Below the pieces are notes generated by a model that made no database searches, had not been told where the DNA came from, and worked only from the letters and a program-made list of their open reading frames with translations. From positions 100,564,001 to 100,628,000 of the forward strand of contig OZ024743.1 of NCBI GenBank assembly GCA_964016885.1: 64,000 nt of DNA, in the 5' to 3' direction. The translations under genes and the position numbers were made by a program. Of the stretch, positions 12,831 to 27,369 are shown one piece after another (position 1 is the first letter of the stretch; each line of letters begins with the position of its first letter). The stretch comes from Eledone cirrhosa. Lineage: Eukaryota.

Positions 12831-15800
12831 TGGAACCTTATCAAGTCAAATCCTTAACCCTTTTGATACCAAACAAGAAATCACTCCTGGTTATGATACA
12901 AAATTGTTTGTTTTAAAGTGTTTATATTTATCTAAAAAACCTCTTCCATCATAATTTTATGTAAGAATGTTTAAGAATGAGAAAATTATATTACTAAATC
13001 CATTCAAAATCATATTTTCAAAGTTATCTGAAAATGATAAGCAGTGTCTTTTGTTAGAAATGTGCTAATAGAGGCATTAATCCTCCTCTTCCACTGAAAT
13101 TTCAATTCCATGCATAATTCTATTTTTTACATTTCTGACAAAGACAAAAAATGCAATTGTCAATATAGCCTAAGAATAAGGGAAAAAGCTGCTCCCTAAA
13201 CTGTATATAACCAACACCTGCACTCCTCTACTCTTAGTAATTTTCATTCTTGAAACTATTTTAGAGGCAAACACATTTTACTATAGATTTTTTTTTTTTT
13301 TTTTTGAGGAAAAAAGCAGTCAACTGCCATAAGCTGTCAACTTTCTGAAAATTCACTAATATTTCTCTACCATTTAGCATTTATATTTATTATCCAATTT
13401 ATTGAGTGAATATTCCATTCAAATGTGATGATTAAATGAGAATATTTCAACAACATAACTTTAAACATTGAAATTTCATATCTTAATCATTAAGATCACC
13501 CCATTTTCAAACAAATATCAACCTAAAACTTCAGCTTGCTCTCCTTTCTACTCATTATAGCTCAACAAATTAGTAATATTTAACATTCCAATGAAATTTT
13601 AGCCAAATCAATGTGTGAGCCTCTACATAATTCTGCTAGAAGTAATAGCCCAAATTCCCTTAAACCTCACCCTACTATCTTAAAGAATATGTTGAATAGA
13701 AAAAAAAAGACAGTTGATCAAGGCTTGGAATTCTTTGATCGTCGGTTTGTACAAACAGCTAACATATTATCCTAACTCCATACATCAAAAGGAATATTTC
13801 AAAATTGAACAGGAACCTGGCACTATCAGTAGGGAGACATATTTTTGCAGCATAGAGTCACAGACCTTTACGGCCTGAGTTCAAATTCTGCCATGGTTAA
13901 CTTTGCCTTTCATCCTTACTGGGTTGATAAAATAAAGTACCAGTAATGCACTGGGATAATTGCTGGCCTTGTGCCAAAAATAGAAACTATTATGATTATA
14001 GGGGAGTGACAGAAAGAACACTTGCCAGAACTTTGTTTTTACTTCAAATCTTTCTAATTTTTGCTAAATCAAATCAATTACCAATAGAGTTAGGATCAAA
14101 TTAAATACACTATGCTCTTGCACAATTACTATTTGTAGTCGTGATGGTTGAATGGCAAAATAAGGGCCATGATAAATATAATGCTTTGTGATACTTAGCT
14201 ACATCACTCTCTAGTCTCTGACCCATAGATATACTGTCTCCTCCCTTTGCCTCTTCTACATTACTACAATGGCCCCTGCTGGTCCCATGTGACCTCAGTC
14301 TTTCCATGTTATGTCCACCACCACCATCCCTTAAGCTCCACATTACCCATTCTGCCCAGTCCTTCCTGCCCAAAACATTGGCCCTCTGGAACACTGTCCT
14401 TGCTCATATTTTTTTTAAAGAAATGACATTGCAACAGTTTCAGTGAACATCAGCAGCATCAATCACTCCAGTCCTCGAAGACCTGAAGGCTATGGGCCAC
14501 TGCCCATTCTTCCAGACTTACCAAAAGAAAAATAAATCCCTTCACAATCTAAATTCAAATTCTGCTAGTTAACTTTCAATTTCATCTTTGTTGTGGTTAA
14601 TAAAATAAGTACATGTCCAATGCTCAATTTTATCTAGTTGAATGTAACCTTCACTTGTCTATAGCCTTGTAGCCTTTTAATACCAGCCTACAAGAGACTG
14701 TCTTTTGTGCATTTATACAAAACAGTCAGTTTTAAAGTGTTCACTTTTTTAAATTAAAACTTTAATTTTATGCAAGAACCTTCTATAAACTTATATTCTA
14801 AACACTAGCTTAACATAGCAATTAATGAAAAAGTGAATTGTTAATAAATCCCTCCCCAAATGCTCACAAAACATTATTTTTAAAAACAGTGAAGTTCATG
14901 TGAAGTATGGTCATGAAAGAGTTAATTCACCACTCCTTCCCCTAAAATGTATGGCATGTACCAATGTTAGAAATTATTAACTATTCAATATACTAGTTCC
15001 TCTTTAAAAGTTCAAATATTTTCAGTTAATGAGGCAGGAGTGGTCTGAGTAAATTCACGACCTGACCTAAATAGGAACATAGGATCTAGAATAGCACCAT
15101 TTAGATTTTAAACAACCAATTCTCTATCACCAGCCAACAAGTGAATCTCCTCACATGAACATTCAGTCTATTTGAAATAGCAACTCCCATTGTACCATTT
15201 TAATTAAGGAAAAACAGTCAAAGATAATGCAGTCCTCGATACACCTTCAAGACAAGATAGTTATAGCTGGAAGGAGTGAGCAGGGACCTGCTTGATGCTG
15301 ATCGTGTGCTGCCATAATTTAGATTTAAACCAATTCTATATTACAACCCAATGAGAGAGCTTCTACATGATCAATCAACATACTAGAAACTACAGTTTAG
15401 TCTATTTCAAAGCGCATGCTATTGTCATAAATAAGGGATAGACACATTAAATAGTGTATGATATGGTATGGTCCCGTAACTTCTGATAGAGTCGTAAGAG
15501 TCGTAGGGGCACCATAGTGGCATACTGCGTTTCTTGGGTATTTTAAGCCTGGTAGAGTTCACCGCTCTCCAGGCATGAGTACAGCAGATTTCTTCCAGAG
15601 AAGAATAGAAAATGACAGAGAGGAAGTGAGAAAGAGATATAGAGAAAGAATCAAGCCCAGTACTAGACTGGTACTTTTTCTGTCTACCCCAAAAGGATGA
15701 AAGGCAAAGTTGACATTGGTGGGATTTGAACTCAGAGAGCCGGTACAAATACCACAAAGTACTATCCGACGTTCTCATGACTGCCACCACATTAGTATAA

Positions 15801-16015
15801 ATACCCCTAAAATGTGATAGCAATGGCTAGAAAGCCTTTGCTTGTAAGTTTGCTTAATCAGGGTTGACCTAAGTATAAACAAATTCCATATCATTAATCT
15901 AGATTAATATTCAAAAGGAATTAAGTAACAGATGTCATTTGGTATTCATATTTCTATTAGTTTAACATATTCATATATTAAGTTTTAATAAATTCATCAA
16001 ATTTGCTCAACTTAA

Positions 16016-16380
16016 CCCTTTAACATTTACATTATTCTCTATATATTATTGTATTTTCACAGTAAACACACAACTATCTCACATAATATTGAATCTGAGA
16101 TTTTTATATCATTTATTTTGAGAACAATACCTTAACATCACTATGAGCGTCCAGTTGCAGTCAGTTTGAACTGAAAGAGGTGAGAGAATTCTGGCCGGGT
16201 TAACCCTTTAGCATTTACATTACTCTATATTTACTATTGTATTTTCACAGTAAAGGCTTTATCTTACATTATTATCTCACATAATATCGAATCTATGAGA
16301 TTTTGATGTTATTTATTTTGAGAACAATACCTTAACATTGGTATGAGCGGCCAGTTACAGCCGGTTTAAATGCTAAAGGG
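16016..16380. mobile_element. Two tandem piggyBac-type MITEs sharing a TTAA
   Basis: TTAA|CCCTTT...GGG|TTAA|CCCTTTAGCATTTA...TAAATGCTAAAGGG|TTAA, with TTAA at 16012, 16200 and 16381. Confidence 0.8.
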
Positions 16381-17064
16381 TTAAGCAATCATATTAATCA
16401 AATACCAAACTACCTTCAACTATCAAAACAAATTCTATGAAAATATTTCCAGATAAGCTCTTAAGGCAAGATTTAGATATTTTTCTTTAGAAATTCTTTA
16501 ATAGACATGTAAAATAATTCAGTTGTAGAATTTTTGTTACTTAAAATGCATCAACAATATGGAATAATATTCAGCCATCACAAGAATGCCTTTCACTGCT
16601 TCTAAACAATGTTTACACCCACTTTCTTCCACCTACTTAAAGGTTGGTTGACTCTGAAAATTTATTTTTATTCATATTTTTTTAATACTGTTTTACATAC
16701 ACTTTTCCATGCTTGCATGGTGAGGAATTATCTGTTAAAACAATCGTTTCAACAGATGGATGTCCTTCCTACTGCCAACCACTAACTGTGTGAAGAATAG
16801 TAATCAGTTTTTGTTGGGCAGGCAGCAAACGGGAGAAAGTAAAGTTATCTGCTGTTTGCTAAGAAGGACACAATACAATGTCTTTAGAAATAAAGTTTGG
16901 CCTTTCAACCTTGTATTCAATTAGTATTTCAGTATCTTAACCTCACAAATATCACACCTAATACTGGATATTATTTGCATGAATTGTTTGGAGCAAATGT
17001 TTTAATAGTGAATAGTCTTCCTAATGTTAATGATTCAACAGCCATCAAAATAGTGCCTACTTCT

Positions 17065-17408
17065 CATCATCATCATCATTTAATTTTACGTCCGCTTTTT
17101 CCCTGCTTGCAAGGGTGAGACGGGAACTGATTCTGGCTTCATTTCTACAGTTGGATGCCCTTCCTAACACCAACCTCATTTACAGTGAGTGCTGGGTGCT
17201 TTTTTGCCGTGGCACCTCCACGACCACTTTGTAGTGGAATGATAGGGACATCAGTCCCTATCATCTCATTTCTACAGCTGAGTAAACTGGAGCAATGTGA
17301 AATAAAGTGTCTTGCTCAAGGAAACAACACATCACCCGGTCTGAGAATTAAACTCACAACCTTTCGATTGCAAGGCCAATGCTCTAAGCACTAAGCCATG
17401 TGCCTCCA
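17065..17408 (-). mobile_element. CORE-SINE family A (shorter-tail subfamily)
   Basis: Near-identical to 36671-37009 and 56602-56943. Lacks ~50 bp that is present in the 9953 copy. Confidence 0.85.
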
Positions 17409-17792
17409 GTCTGATAATTGAGAAAAATAATATGCATTGTACGAGTTGAGCACTGCTTATCGCAAGGTTAATAGATGCAATCTAAAGAAATAGCAAAAGA
17501 ATGAAATATAGAAGCAATCAAGTTAGAATTAAAGAAAATTATAGTTAATAAATAAAATAATTTTGAAAATAATGAAAAAAAAAAAGGAGAAAGAAGCACA
17601 ATCAATCAACTTTTGGCACTGTGGAAACAGAAAAAAATGTTTGCTATTACAAAAGAAAAAAAAAGAGGGAATTGTAAATATAAACGGCACTATATATACT
17701 CAGAAGCCCATTGTGCATGTGATGTGTATATATATATGTGTGTGTGTGTATGTTTGCGTGCATGTATGTGTGTGTATATATATATATATATA

Positions 17793-18944
17793 TCATCATC
17801 ATCATCATCATCGTTTAACGTCCATGTTTCACGCTTGCATGGGTTTGGACGGGAGTTTTCCCACTTGAGGCAAGAGTGGTTGTCTTGCTCGCATAGGACT
17901 GTCTGGCGGGTTTTCTACAGCTGGATGCCCTTCCTAACACCAACCACGTTTACAGTGTGGGACTGGGAGGTTTTTACCGTGTTGCCTACACGGCCACATT
18001 ACAGCGTGGACTGTGTTTTTTGTCGTGACACCTACACGATCTCATTTGTTTCGGCCTGGATGTTGTGGCACCAACATAACTTTACATTGAAAGGGGCGGT
18101 GTGGATGGGGTGGGGGTGGTGGGACGAGGGTGTATTTTGTTAGAGATGCCTACTGACTGTAGTAGGTTTTACTTTGTAAGGCGGGTCTTCTCTATTACTG
18201 AGTACCGCCAAAGATCTCGGTCCTGTGACATTGTCTTGGAGAGGTGTAAGTGTGTGAGGTCGGAATTTATCAGGTCGTCCCAGGTTTTTCTGGGTCTGCC
18301 TACTCCGTGGCTACCGTCTATCTTTATTGCCCTGCACTTTTTTATACAGCTGTCGTCTTTCATGCGCATCACGTGACCATACCAACGTAGCCTTCTCTCG
18401 AGTAAACAACATCTGATCCCTCTTATTTCTAATTTTTCCCTTAGTTCGTTTATGCTTTGCCGTTCACGTATATTACTATTACACATCCAGCGGAGCATGC
18501 AAGCTTCGTTCCTCTCTAGTCTGCGTATATCCTCTGCACACAATGCCCAGGTCTCACTGCCATGCAACATTGCTTTCGTATGCAGGCATCATACAGCCTG
18601 CCTTTCATTTTTAGGGAGAACCCTTTAGCAGCTAATAGTGGTATAAGCTCTCTGAACTTTTTCCATCCAGTTCTGACTCTAGCTACTGTACTTTCAGAGC
18701 ACCCTCCCCCACTGCTGATTTTGTCACCCAGGTAACGGAAGCTGTCCACTATTTCTATAGAACCCTCTGCGCAATTGAAAGAGCTAGTATTTTGTGGGCA
18801 CTTGCTGCTATTTATTGCACCAGAGCACCGGCCACATGTAAAATCTATGTTCTTAGTTAGCTTACCTGTGATCCCACTACATCTTTTATGCACCCATACT
18901 TTGCATTTGGGACATAAAATGGAGTTTCTACCTACGCCTTTCCT
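17793..18944 (-). mobile_element. 5'-truncated RTE LINE (RT C-terminus plus 3'UTR)
   Basis: ORFs 18516-19016 and 18169-18570 give DSFRYLGD, MLHGSETW, RRLRWYGHVMRM and GRPRKTW. It has a (TGA)n tail and is flanked by (TA)n on both sides. Confidence 0.9.
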
Positions 18945-21900
18945 ATATATATATATATATATATAAGCATGTGTGTTTGCCTTGACTATGTTTATGCCTG
19001 TATATATATATTTCATAATTTAGTAGTTCAACAAAAAGATCGCTAAAATATGTACCAGACTTGAAAAATAAGTAGAGGGTCTATATGATAAACTAAATCT
19101 AAGCAGTAACCTATAGCATGGCTATTGCCTAATGACTGAAGCAAGTAAAAGAATATACACACATATATCTGTGTGTGTCTGTGTACATGAGCCAACAGGG
19201 ACCCTCTATCTGGTCACACAACCTGCTAGAAATAGCAGACAAATTTTCCCTCAAATCCCATGACACAGTCTTGAAGGAATGGATTATTAAATAGTGTAAT
19301 CAAATATACACTGTCTGAAAAAGGATAGGGTGGTCTTGGCTAGAATGTATTTTATCATGTCTGCTTCTAGAGCTAACATGCCACTAAACAATAAACAGCT
19401 GTACTATATCTCATCAGGGATCATTCAGTTCCAAATTTAACTATCTTTTAACCCAGTTGATCTAACTTGCTTAAAACTGTCCTTGGTTCCCTGAAACAAA
19501 ACTATCCATTTAAAAAGTTCCTCATTATCATCATTGCCACCACTGTTTAATGTCTATTTTCTATGGGGTTATCACATGTGAAAGCCGAATTGGTCAGGTA
19601 ACCAGGTCCTGACTGTTAGCTTCTGTTTCTATAGCTGGATGCCCTTCCTGACACCAACCACTTTACAGCATATACTGGGAACATTTTGTGGTACCACCAT
19701 TGCTACCTTACAGGGTTCTTCCTGTCATGGCACCAGCACTACTACTTTACAGGGTGGACTGGGTGCTTTATATGATTACACATCTAGTGGGCTAGACAGT
19801 TCAGGTGACCATATCTTACACATACACTCAATTTCTGGCTTGACTGTCTTCCTACCACCAACCACTTTATATAATGTCTTATGCTTTCATTGTTTAACAT
19901 TACATACTTGACTCTGTAGTTCTGAATTAGTAATTTAAATCACAATCTTTCAACGTAATTTTAGTAAATCCCTCCAAATTCTTCACTGATTCAGTCAGTG
20001 TATTTTATCAGAGATATGGTAATGAAAGGGTTAATTCCAGAAAACCAATATGGCCAACTGGGAAAAGATTGAAAGATTTAAGAACTGAAGAGAAAAGAAT
20101 ATATAAAGTTGGCAACAGATTTAACCCTTTTGATACCAACCAAGCCAAAACCAGCCCTGGTTCTATTAAAGGAAACCATCCATTTCAAATAATTCCTATA
20201 TAATTTATATCTTCTAGCATGATATTATACAAGAACCATATTTTAAGTTACTTGAACGAAATAATTAATCATTAGAGTAAGTCCTTCAAAATTCTGTAAT
20301 AATTAATTGAAAGAGTATATTTCAGTATAAATACAGCAATGAAAGAGTTAAATACTCAAAAGGATTGTAACCTTGTATAAAAGCACTTTGCATTACCTCG
20401 TTCCAATTAGAAAATATATATATAAATTTCACACCATGATTCAGACAAGATCCTTCATTAGGAAGACTTTGCAGGCTCTGCCAAAAACGTTAAAATTCTG
20501 TTCCTGTGTCAGAAACTTTTTCCATTTTGTGAACTTTTATCAATGATTTCTGTAAACACAGATGGCCACAAGTTTTCTCAAACTGAAGCATATCACTTAC
20601 ATGACAATTATTTGAACCAGGAAGAACATTAAATATAAAACATTTGAATGATTTGCAAAGCTAACCAAACTATGTCAGTATAGGAATATCAATATAGGAA
20701 AGTGTTAAGAGACATTAGTAGACAAGAAAGTTTATAATGTGGTGGTTTGTGTTGACTAGTTACAAAAATAAATTCTGTGCAATAAATTGAAATGATACAA
20801 GTGATTCACTGACGAAAAAAAAAAATCAGTCTTGGTAAGTTTTGAACTCTAAAAAGAGGTATTAATCTTACAGCAATGCCTACTTCCTAACCTTAATAAA
20901 ATACCAAATCAACCAAAATTAGTGAAAAGCTTACAATTACAAATTATCTTCAAGAACCATGATAAACAAACTGGTAAAATTAATACACCAATCTAAATGT
21001 GATAAAGAAAAAAAATAAAAGCGCTTTGTTTTTGATTGTTTTTGTAATTTTATCCAAAAATAATTTGATTGCCAAAAAAAAAAAAAAAAACTTCGAAAAT
21101 TCTTAAATTAATGATTATTATAGATTTATATAAGATTACTAAAATTAGAGTTTTATTTTTAATTTCACAAGTATAAAATATTTGACCAGCAACTTATATA
21201 TTGTAAAAGGGGGTGGACTTATGAAGACTCATTATTAAACATTTCCTACCAGTAATGCACTGGGAATTGCTGGCCTTGTGCCAAAAGTAGAAACAATTAT
21301 TAAACATTTCCTACAATCGACACCAAAGAGAAAATTATTAAAATAAATATATGGAAGAAACCAACTAGTTCCAGCGTTATGGGTTGTATTTTGGGATAAG
21401 AAATGTTATTTAAAGAAGTGATGTGAAGTTACCCATCTGCTGACATTGGCATTAACAAATGGGAATCATTACTCTGGTAACCCATAAAAAGATAGTACCA
21501 CTAATCCATTTTTTCTTGTTTATTTTATTTTTCTCTAGTGAAGCTGCTTGTTCTATATTCTAAGAAAATCTCACATGTCACCAATAGAAAACTTGATATG
21601 AGAGAATTGCTGCGCTTGTGCATTTTGTGGGAAAATTTCGGGACCAAACAAAAATTAGTTGGCACAAAGACAATGGAAATAATCCAAGAAAATGAGGAAT
21701 TGCTATTGTTAATCATTACCACATGTAGAAGGTTAATGGTGTCTTTGAACAAATAATTTCTAAATGTGTTCTAAAAATGCTTCAGTGAGTCATTTATTTA
21801 AAAAGACATTTTTGTTTTGCTTTTTGTCTTTTTGAAAAGTAGGATTTAATTTAGAAGTTTAAAAAGAAAATTTACAGAGATTAGAGAATTAAAAAAAACA

Positions 21901-23946
21901 AAACATTCTAATAAGAAATGTTTCAACATTATGTGGGTGGATGAATGTACAAACTGATTTTGTGGACAAAAATAAATTTAGCTCGGTTTGGGGGTGAGAA
22001 GGCGTACTAGTTAGAAAGAGGAGAGATATTAACACCAAAAAGATAGCCGTATATCTGAGTCATCAGCTGGCCCAGTGATGCCGGAAGAGGAGCACATGAG
22101 CTAGCGATAACTCTAGACTCTCTCACCCATAGAGGCATACAAACATGTGTGAGCAAAGTTAGAGTGAAAAGTGTATGTCAAAGAAATAGTTTATTCAAAT
22201 AGATGTAAAAAGATAGAAATTAGATTTTGTATAAATATAAAATTAACTTTACATTTAATTTTACAAATTTCAACTCCTATTTTATGAGGCAATACACTTG
22301 ACATTTAATAAAAACCGTCCATACGATGTGTGTTTGTACATAATTCGTATTCAAATCAATAAAAAAAGAGATGAGAAATAAAATGACTAAATCCATTTAG
22401 TTTTCACATAAATAGTTCACTACAACAGTTCCTGGTTATCACATGACAAACATAAAATATCCGTTTCAACGAGTACAGAATTATTAATGATCAAGAAAAG
22501 GAGGAAAAAATAAAATCAACTAAGTATTGGAAGTGTCGATAAAATATAGTAAAACAAAAAAAGAAACAGAGCAAAGTTTTTAATATTCCATTAATTAAGT
22601 TGACAAGCCGAAGAGAAATATAAATATATAATTCAAACAGGATATATAATCGAGGGTTAATTTATTCGCATCTGACCGGTTGAATTATTCAGTCTTTATT
22701 TTAATTCTTAAATTAACATACAATAGCAGTGAATTGAATTATAAATTCTATTCTTTCCCCTCTCGTCAAGGAGTCCGATGTTGTTGTTCATAAAATGCTA
22801 AATCATTATGAATCAGTAAGATTCACTGTCTATCAGAAAACTTCGATGAAATATTTTCGTAAACCTACATCTACTATAATTATGTAATAATTATGTATCA
22901 TATATGTACATAGATACACACAAAGTACTTTAATCACTGTAAGAAAATTACGATGAAAACACTAAAAATCGAAAAAGAGTGATATGGTAATATATATTTA
23001 GTTTATTGAAGGGGGAGGGTAACAAGAAATGGAGATCGGTGACAAGTCAGTGTTGAGAAATAGAACTGAACAATGTTAAGGATAGGGGGTAAAAGTAATT
23101 TATAAGGGTGGAGTAGAGAGTTGATAGAAACGGAAAAAACACTGGTATGTCACTGATTATTTGAGGAGGAGCAGGTGTCGATTTGAGTGAGCTGGCTTGT
23201 GTAATCAAGATTTTAGTTTCATGTATATACAAAGCTGTGGCTGGATTAAAAGTGTTGAGATATAAATAACCATAATATACACGATCTAAATTAGATAAAC
23301 TTTTTAAAACAATAGATATCATTTTCCAGACACACCTACAGAAAATAATAAAATATAAAACTGTCGCGGAAGTCTCTACGGGGTCTGTCGATGTGCTGAA
23401 AATAGCAGCCAATTCTCTTTCTCAAATCACACCCTACCTTTTTAAAGACCAAAGTGCACATTACAAGATGTGATCCTAGATAGATAAGATTGGATGGTCA
23501 CACCCGGGATGTCATCGATCATAGGTCTATTCGATCAGAGCTGGCCTGAGGCAAATAACAACAATTAAATAACTGAAAAATTGATCATCGTGAGAACCAC
23601 GCCCTCTCTATTTCTAACAAAATAAAACCCAACGAACATGTGAAAGGGGGAAAAAAAACAGTGCGAATGCCAAATAAATTTATTTTCTTCCCTACACTAA
23701 ACATAATATTGAGACGTGTATATATATATATATATATATATACATTATATATATATATATATAAAGCACTAGACAGTTACAGACGGTGGTCGTAAAGAGG
23801 TTCGTTAGCATGATAAGGAGCGGTTTCCTAGTTAAAGAGTCGATATTACTCTAAATACGAAGCACCAATGCTATATTGGTTTATACAAGAATAGCTTTCA
23901 ATATCTCATAATAGAGTAAATGTGAAGTGGTAAATCAGCAACTTAC

Positions 23947-23990
23947 CCGGTGCCATTGTCAATGACAACGGCAGGCAATCGGCCAGACAT
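23947..23990 (-). CDS. ACTR3: Actin-related protein 3, coding exon 1 (MSGRLPAVVIDNGTG)
   Basis: ATG TCT GGC CGA TTG CCT GCC GTT GTC ATT GAC AAT GGC ACC GG|gtaagt. The peptide matches the Arp3 N-terminus (human MAGRLPACVVDCGTG), and the 44-nt exon ends in a perfect donor. Exon 2 (YTKLGYAGN) was not found in the window. Confidence 0.9.
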
Positions 23991-24210
23991 CGCTCTCGTT
24001 TATGTTACAAATATCGACGCCTATCAGCTTTACTCTCTTACTTAATAAGTTGGTGAGATATTCTGTATAAAGAGAACGTACACGTTTCAAGCAGACACGT
24101 TAAGGTCTTAGACTTGCACGTCAAATCGAATGTCAGTGAACAGTTTCAAAAGAACCGACTGTAATGTGTGTTTGTGTGTATGAGGAGGAAAAAGCTACCA
24201 GGTGTGATAG

Positions 24211-24222
24211 CAAGATGGCGGC
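24211..24222. promoter_or_regulatory. YY1 consensus site upstream of Arp3
   Basis: Exact CAAGATGGCGGC about 220 bp upstream of the Arp3 ATG, in a locally CpG-richer unique segment (23760-24300). Confidence 0.5.
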
Positions 24223-25822
24223 TACTGATGGGACAGCCTCAGTCTGGTAGCATAAACCAACATAATCAGCCGCTTGTTCGTACTCCGTTAGGATTGCTCT
24301 CCCCTCTTTGTAAATATCGCCACAGATACACACGTATATAATATTATGTTATATATAAACTGCATATGAGTGTGTGTTATATTATATATATATACAATAT
24401 AACACATATATATATATATATATATATTGTATGTGAGAGAGAGAGAGACGAGTTTTAAGGAAAGCAAAACAGAAAAAGGAAACAACAAAGTTAGCATGCG
24501 TTTTATACAGCAAGAGGGAGGGGGTAAGAAGAGAGAGAGAGATGAGAAGAGAGAGGGGAATTAACCGGAGCTGAAAGAAGAACAGTAAAAAGGGTGTGTT
24601 ATGTGAGAAAACTAAAGGAAAGATGTGAAATAGAAAACAAAATAAGTTTTGAGAAAAGATATAAATAACTTAGAAAAGGGATATTTTGTTTCTTTTGGAA
24701 ATCATATTGGTTATATGAATGGATAGTTGTTTAATGTAAACTGTGTAATAAGAGATAGCATTGAAGGAGATAGTGGTGGTGGTAGTGGGGGGGGGGGGAT
24801 TAGATAATATTAAAAGTAAAAAGAAATGAAAAGAAAAACTAGATGAACCAAACGGTCATGAAAAGGAGAAAAGAAACTATAAAAGTTTAACAAAGAAAAA
24901 AGAAAAAAAATATATCAGAATTTCTTTAAGGGTGGGGTGAAAAGTAAAAAAAAAAAGAAAGCGATAGAAAAGAAAAGGGAGATAAGGAAGAAAGTAAAGA
25001 AGTGATTGAATGAGGAAATATATGAAAAGAGAGGGTGGAGAAAAAGATAAAAGAACTCAGAGACGCCTCTGTGTGTAGCGCCCTAAGTGTGTCCTCAATG
25101 TGTGCCCTCATCTCCCAGTTATGCGCCCCATTCGCCTAAATAAAATATTTTCAGCTTACAGTTTGATGAGCTGACAAACCTACAGACCTGTCAAATCTCC
25201 CCGTGCGACGGGAACACCTCCCACCCACCCCAAAGTGGGTATAGCTTTCATTATGTAATATCTCCCCGTTTTGGGACACTTTTTTTCATGGTACTCTCCG
25301 TTTGGGTTTTTAGAGGGTGGCAGATTTGAACCTAGTTTCAAAAACTAGTTATTTTTGCTCTAACCACAATAAGAAAACTACTACGCCTGCATTTTCCACA
25401 ACACATTCACCTGCACCAAATCATGTGACAGATCATAACACCATACGACCCACTCCACCACTGTGGGTATTTCTGCAGTGCTGCTACATGGTAAAGATGG
25501 TTGCAGGAAATTATTATATATTTAATTTAATTACACAAATTTGTATAAAACTGTGATCCTCTGAGATCAGCTCCCTGGGCAGCTTCCTAGATAGCCTTAA
25601 TGGTAGTGCCAGCCATGGAGAGAGGGAGAGAAGAGAGAGAGTAAAAGGAAGTATAATAAAAGAGAGGAGATATATTAAGAAGACAGAGAGAGAAAGATGG
25701 GAAACTTACAGGGACAGACAGACAGAAAACAGAAAAAGGAAGTAAAAAAAGACCTAGCAAAAAGCAAAAAGGAAGAAATAAAAACAAACAGAAAGGAAGA
25801 GAGAAATCAAATAAGATATATA

Positions 25823-25878
<56 letters not shown>

Positions 25879-27369
25879 ACAGGGTAAAAATGTGTATATA
25901 TATATATATGTATGTGTATGTAAGAGGAAGGTGAAGTATGTTTCCAATTCTTATCTCAGTCTGTTTATTCTGATAGTAATGTGATAATCTTGAATAATCT
26001 TATTGTTTCAAGCATGGAAATATATAAAAAAGAGAATAAGGTTTCATTTATTATTATTGTTGCTTTTGTTGTTGTTATATGATTTGATATAAAAACTTTA
26101 TTTTATTTAAAATACATTGATAAAAAGAAAAAATGAGAAAAAAGAAAGGAAAATGAAAAAAAGGGACTGTAGAGGAGGCAAACTCTAGATCCTTAACAAC
26201 ACAGCATATTTCAGCAACACTTCTCAGACAAGATGGCAAAAGAGTTGCCAGAACAGCAAGAGATACTCACTGCATCAGCCATTCCACTTTCCAAGGCTTT
26301 TTCTTCCGGTGATGTCCTCGTCCCACTTCACGGAGGGAAACGGCAGTCCAAGGACTGGGGACACTGCAGTTGTCAATGATGATTGACACGAAAAGGAATC
26401 TCTCAGGTTTTATTAGAGAATGGCTGAATTATTAAGAAGTTCACTTCATAATTATGAAGTAGCAAGTATGATCCCACTGCATGGCATCTGGAACAAGTGT
26501 CGTTTACCATAGATTTGGGTCAACCCGAATTTTGGGAGTGAAATTGAGTAGATGTAGACTGTGCAGAAGCCTGCTAAAAGGAGTGTAGGTCAAAGGTCCA
26601 GTCGTTTCACATATTGGGTCACACTAATTTGGCTTGGGAATTACTATAAGGGTATCCATGTCTGGGGAATACTCAACCATTTGCACATTAATTCATGACT
26701 CAGATGTCCATCAAACAACTGCACACTCATCATCAAAACCAACAGAGGATGATTCATCACCATTTAAATCTATAATATCCTTTTATATAAAACAGTAGGA
26801 TGTATTTTGAGGGAAGATTGGTTACTATTTCTAGCTGGGTGAGTGACCATATAAAAAATCTCCATCATTAGCTACTGCTGATCAAATACTGGTTAACATA
26901 AACACATAAAACAGATTCATATTTATAGACGAAGTAGTCACTGACTTCTTTCTCATTATTATGTTGGACAAATGTTTTGAACTATTTGTTCTCGAGGTCA
27001 ACTTTGCCTTTCAGACTTCTGTAGTTGATAAAATGAAATACCAGTCAAACACTAGGGTTCATATAACCAATTTCCCCTTTCCCTAAAACTTGCTGGTCTT
27101 ATGCCTAAATTAGAAAACATTGTTAAACTGGTGTTTGAAACATAAATGATCAAAGGATCTCTCATAAAATGATGTTGAAAGGTCTGTATATAGATAAAGA
27201 TACTTTAAAATAAACAGCTTTGTATAATAGAACCAGGGGTGGTTTAGTATCCAAAGGTATAAGACATTTCCAAAGGTTTTCAGATAGCAAAAACAGATAA
27301 CTAAAGCTGAGAGACAAAATGAAGACAAAAACATTGACTCACCAGTAATATGGCTGAGGGAAAATACCA

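Noticed and set aside
21539-21731. Possible plus-strand exon (polypyrimidine-AG ... AAG|GTTAAT) antisense in the Arp3 intron
   Set aside because: No recognisable protein similarity and a weak donor. It cannot be supported without RNA data.
24215-24250. ATGGCGGCT as the start of a divergent gene
   Set aside because: The frame closes after 11 codons with no good donor. It is better explained as a YY1 motif.
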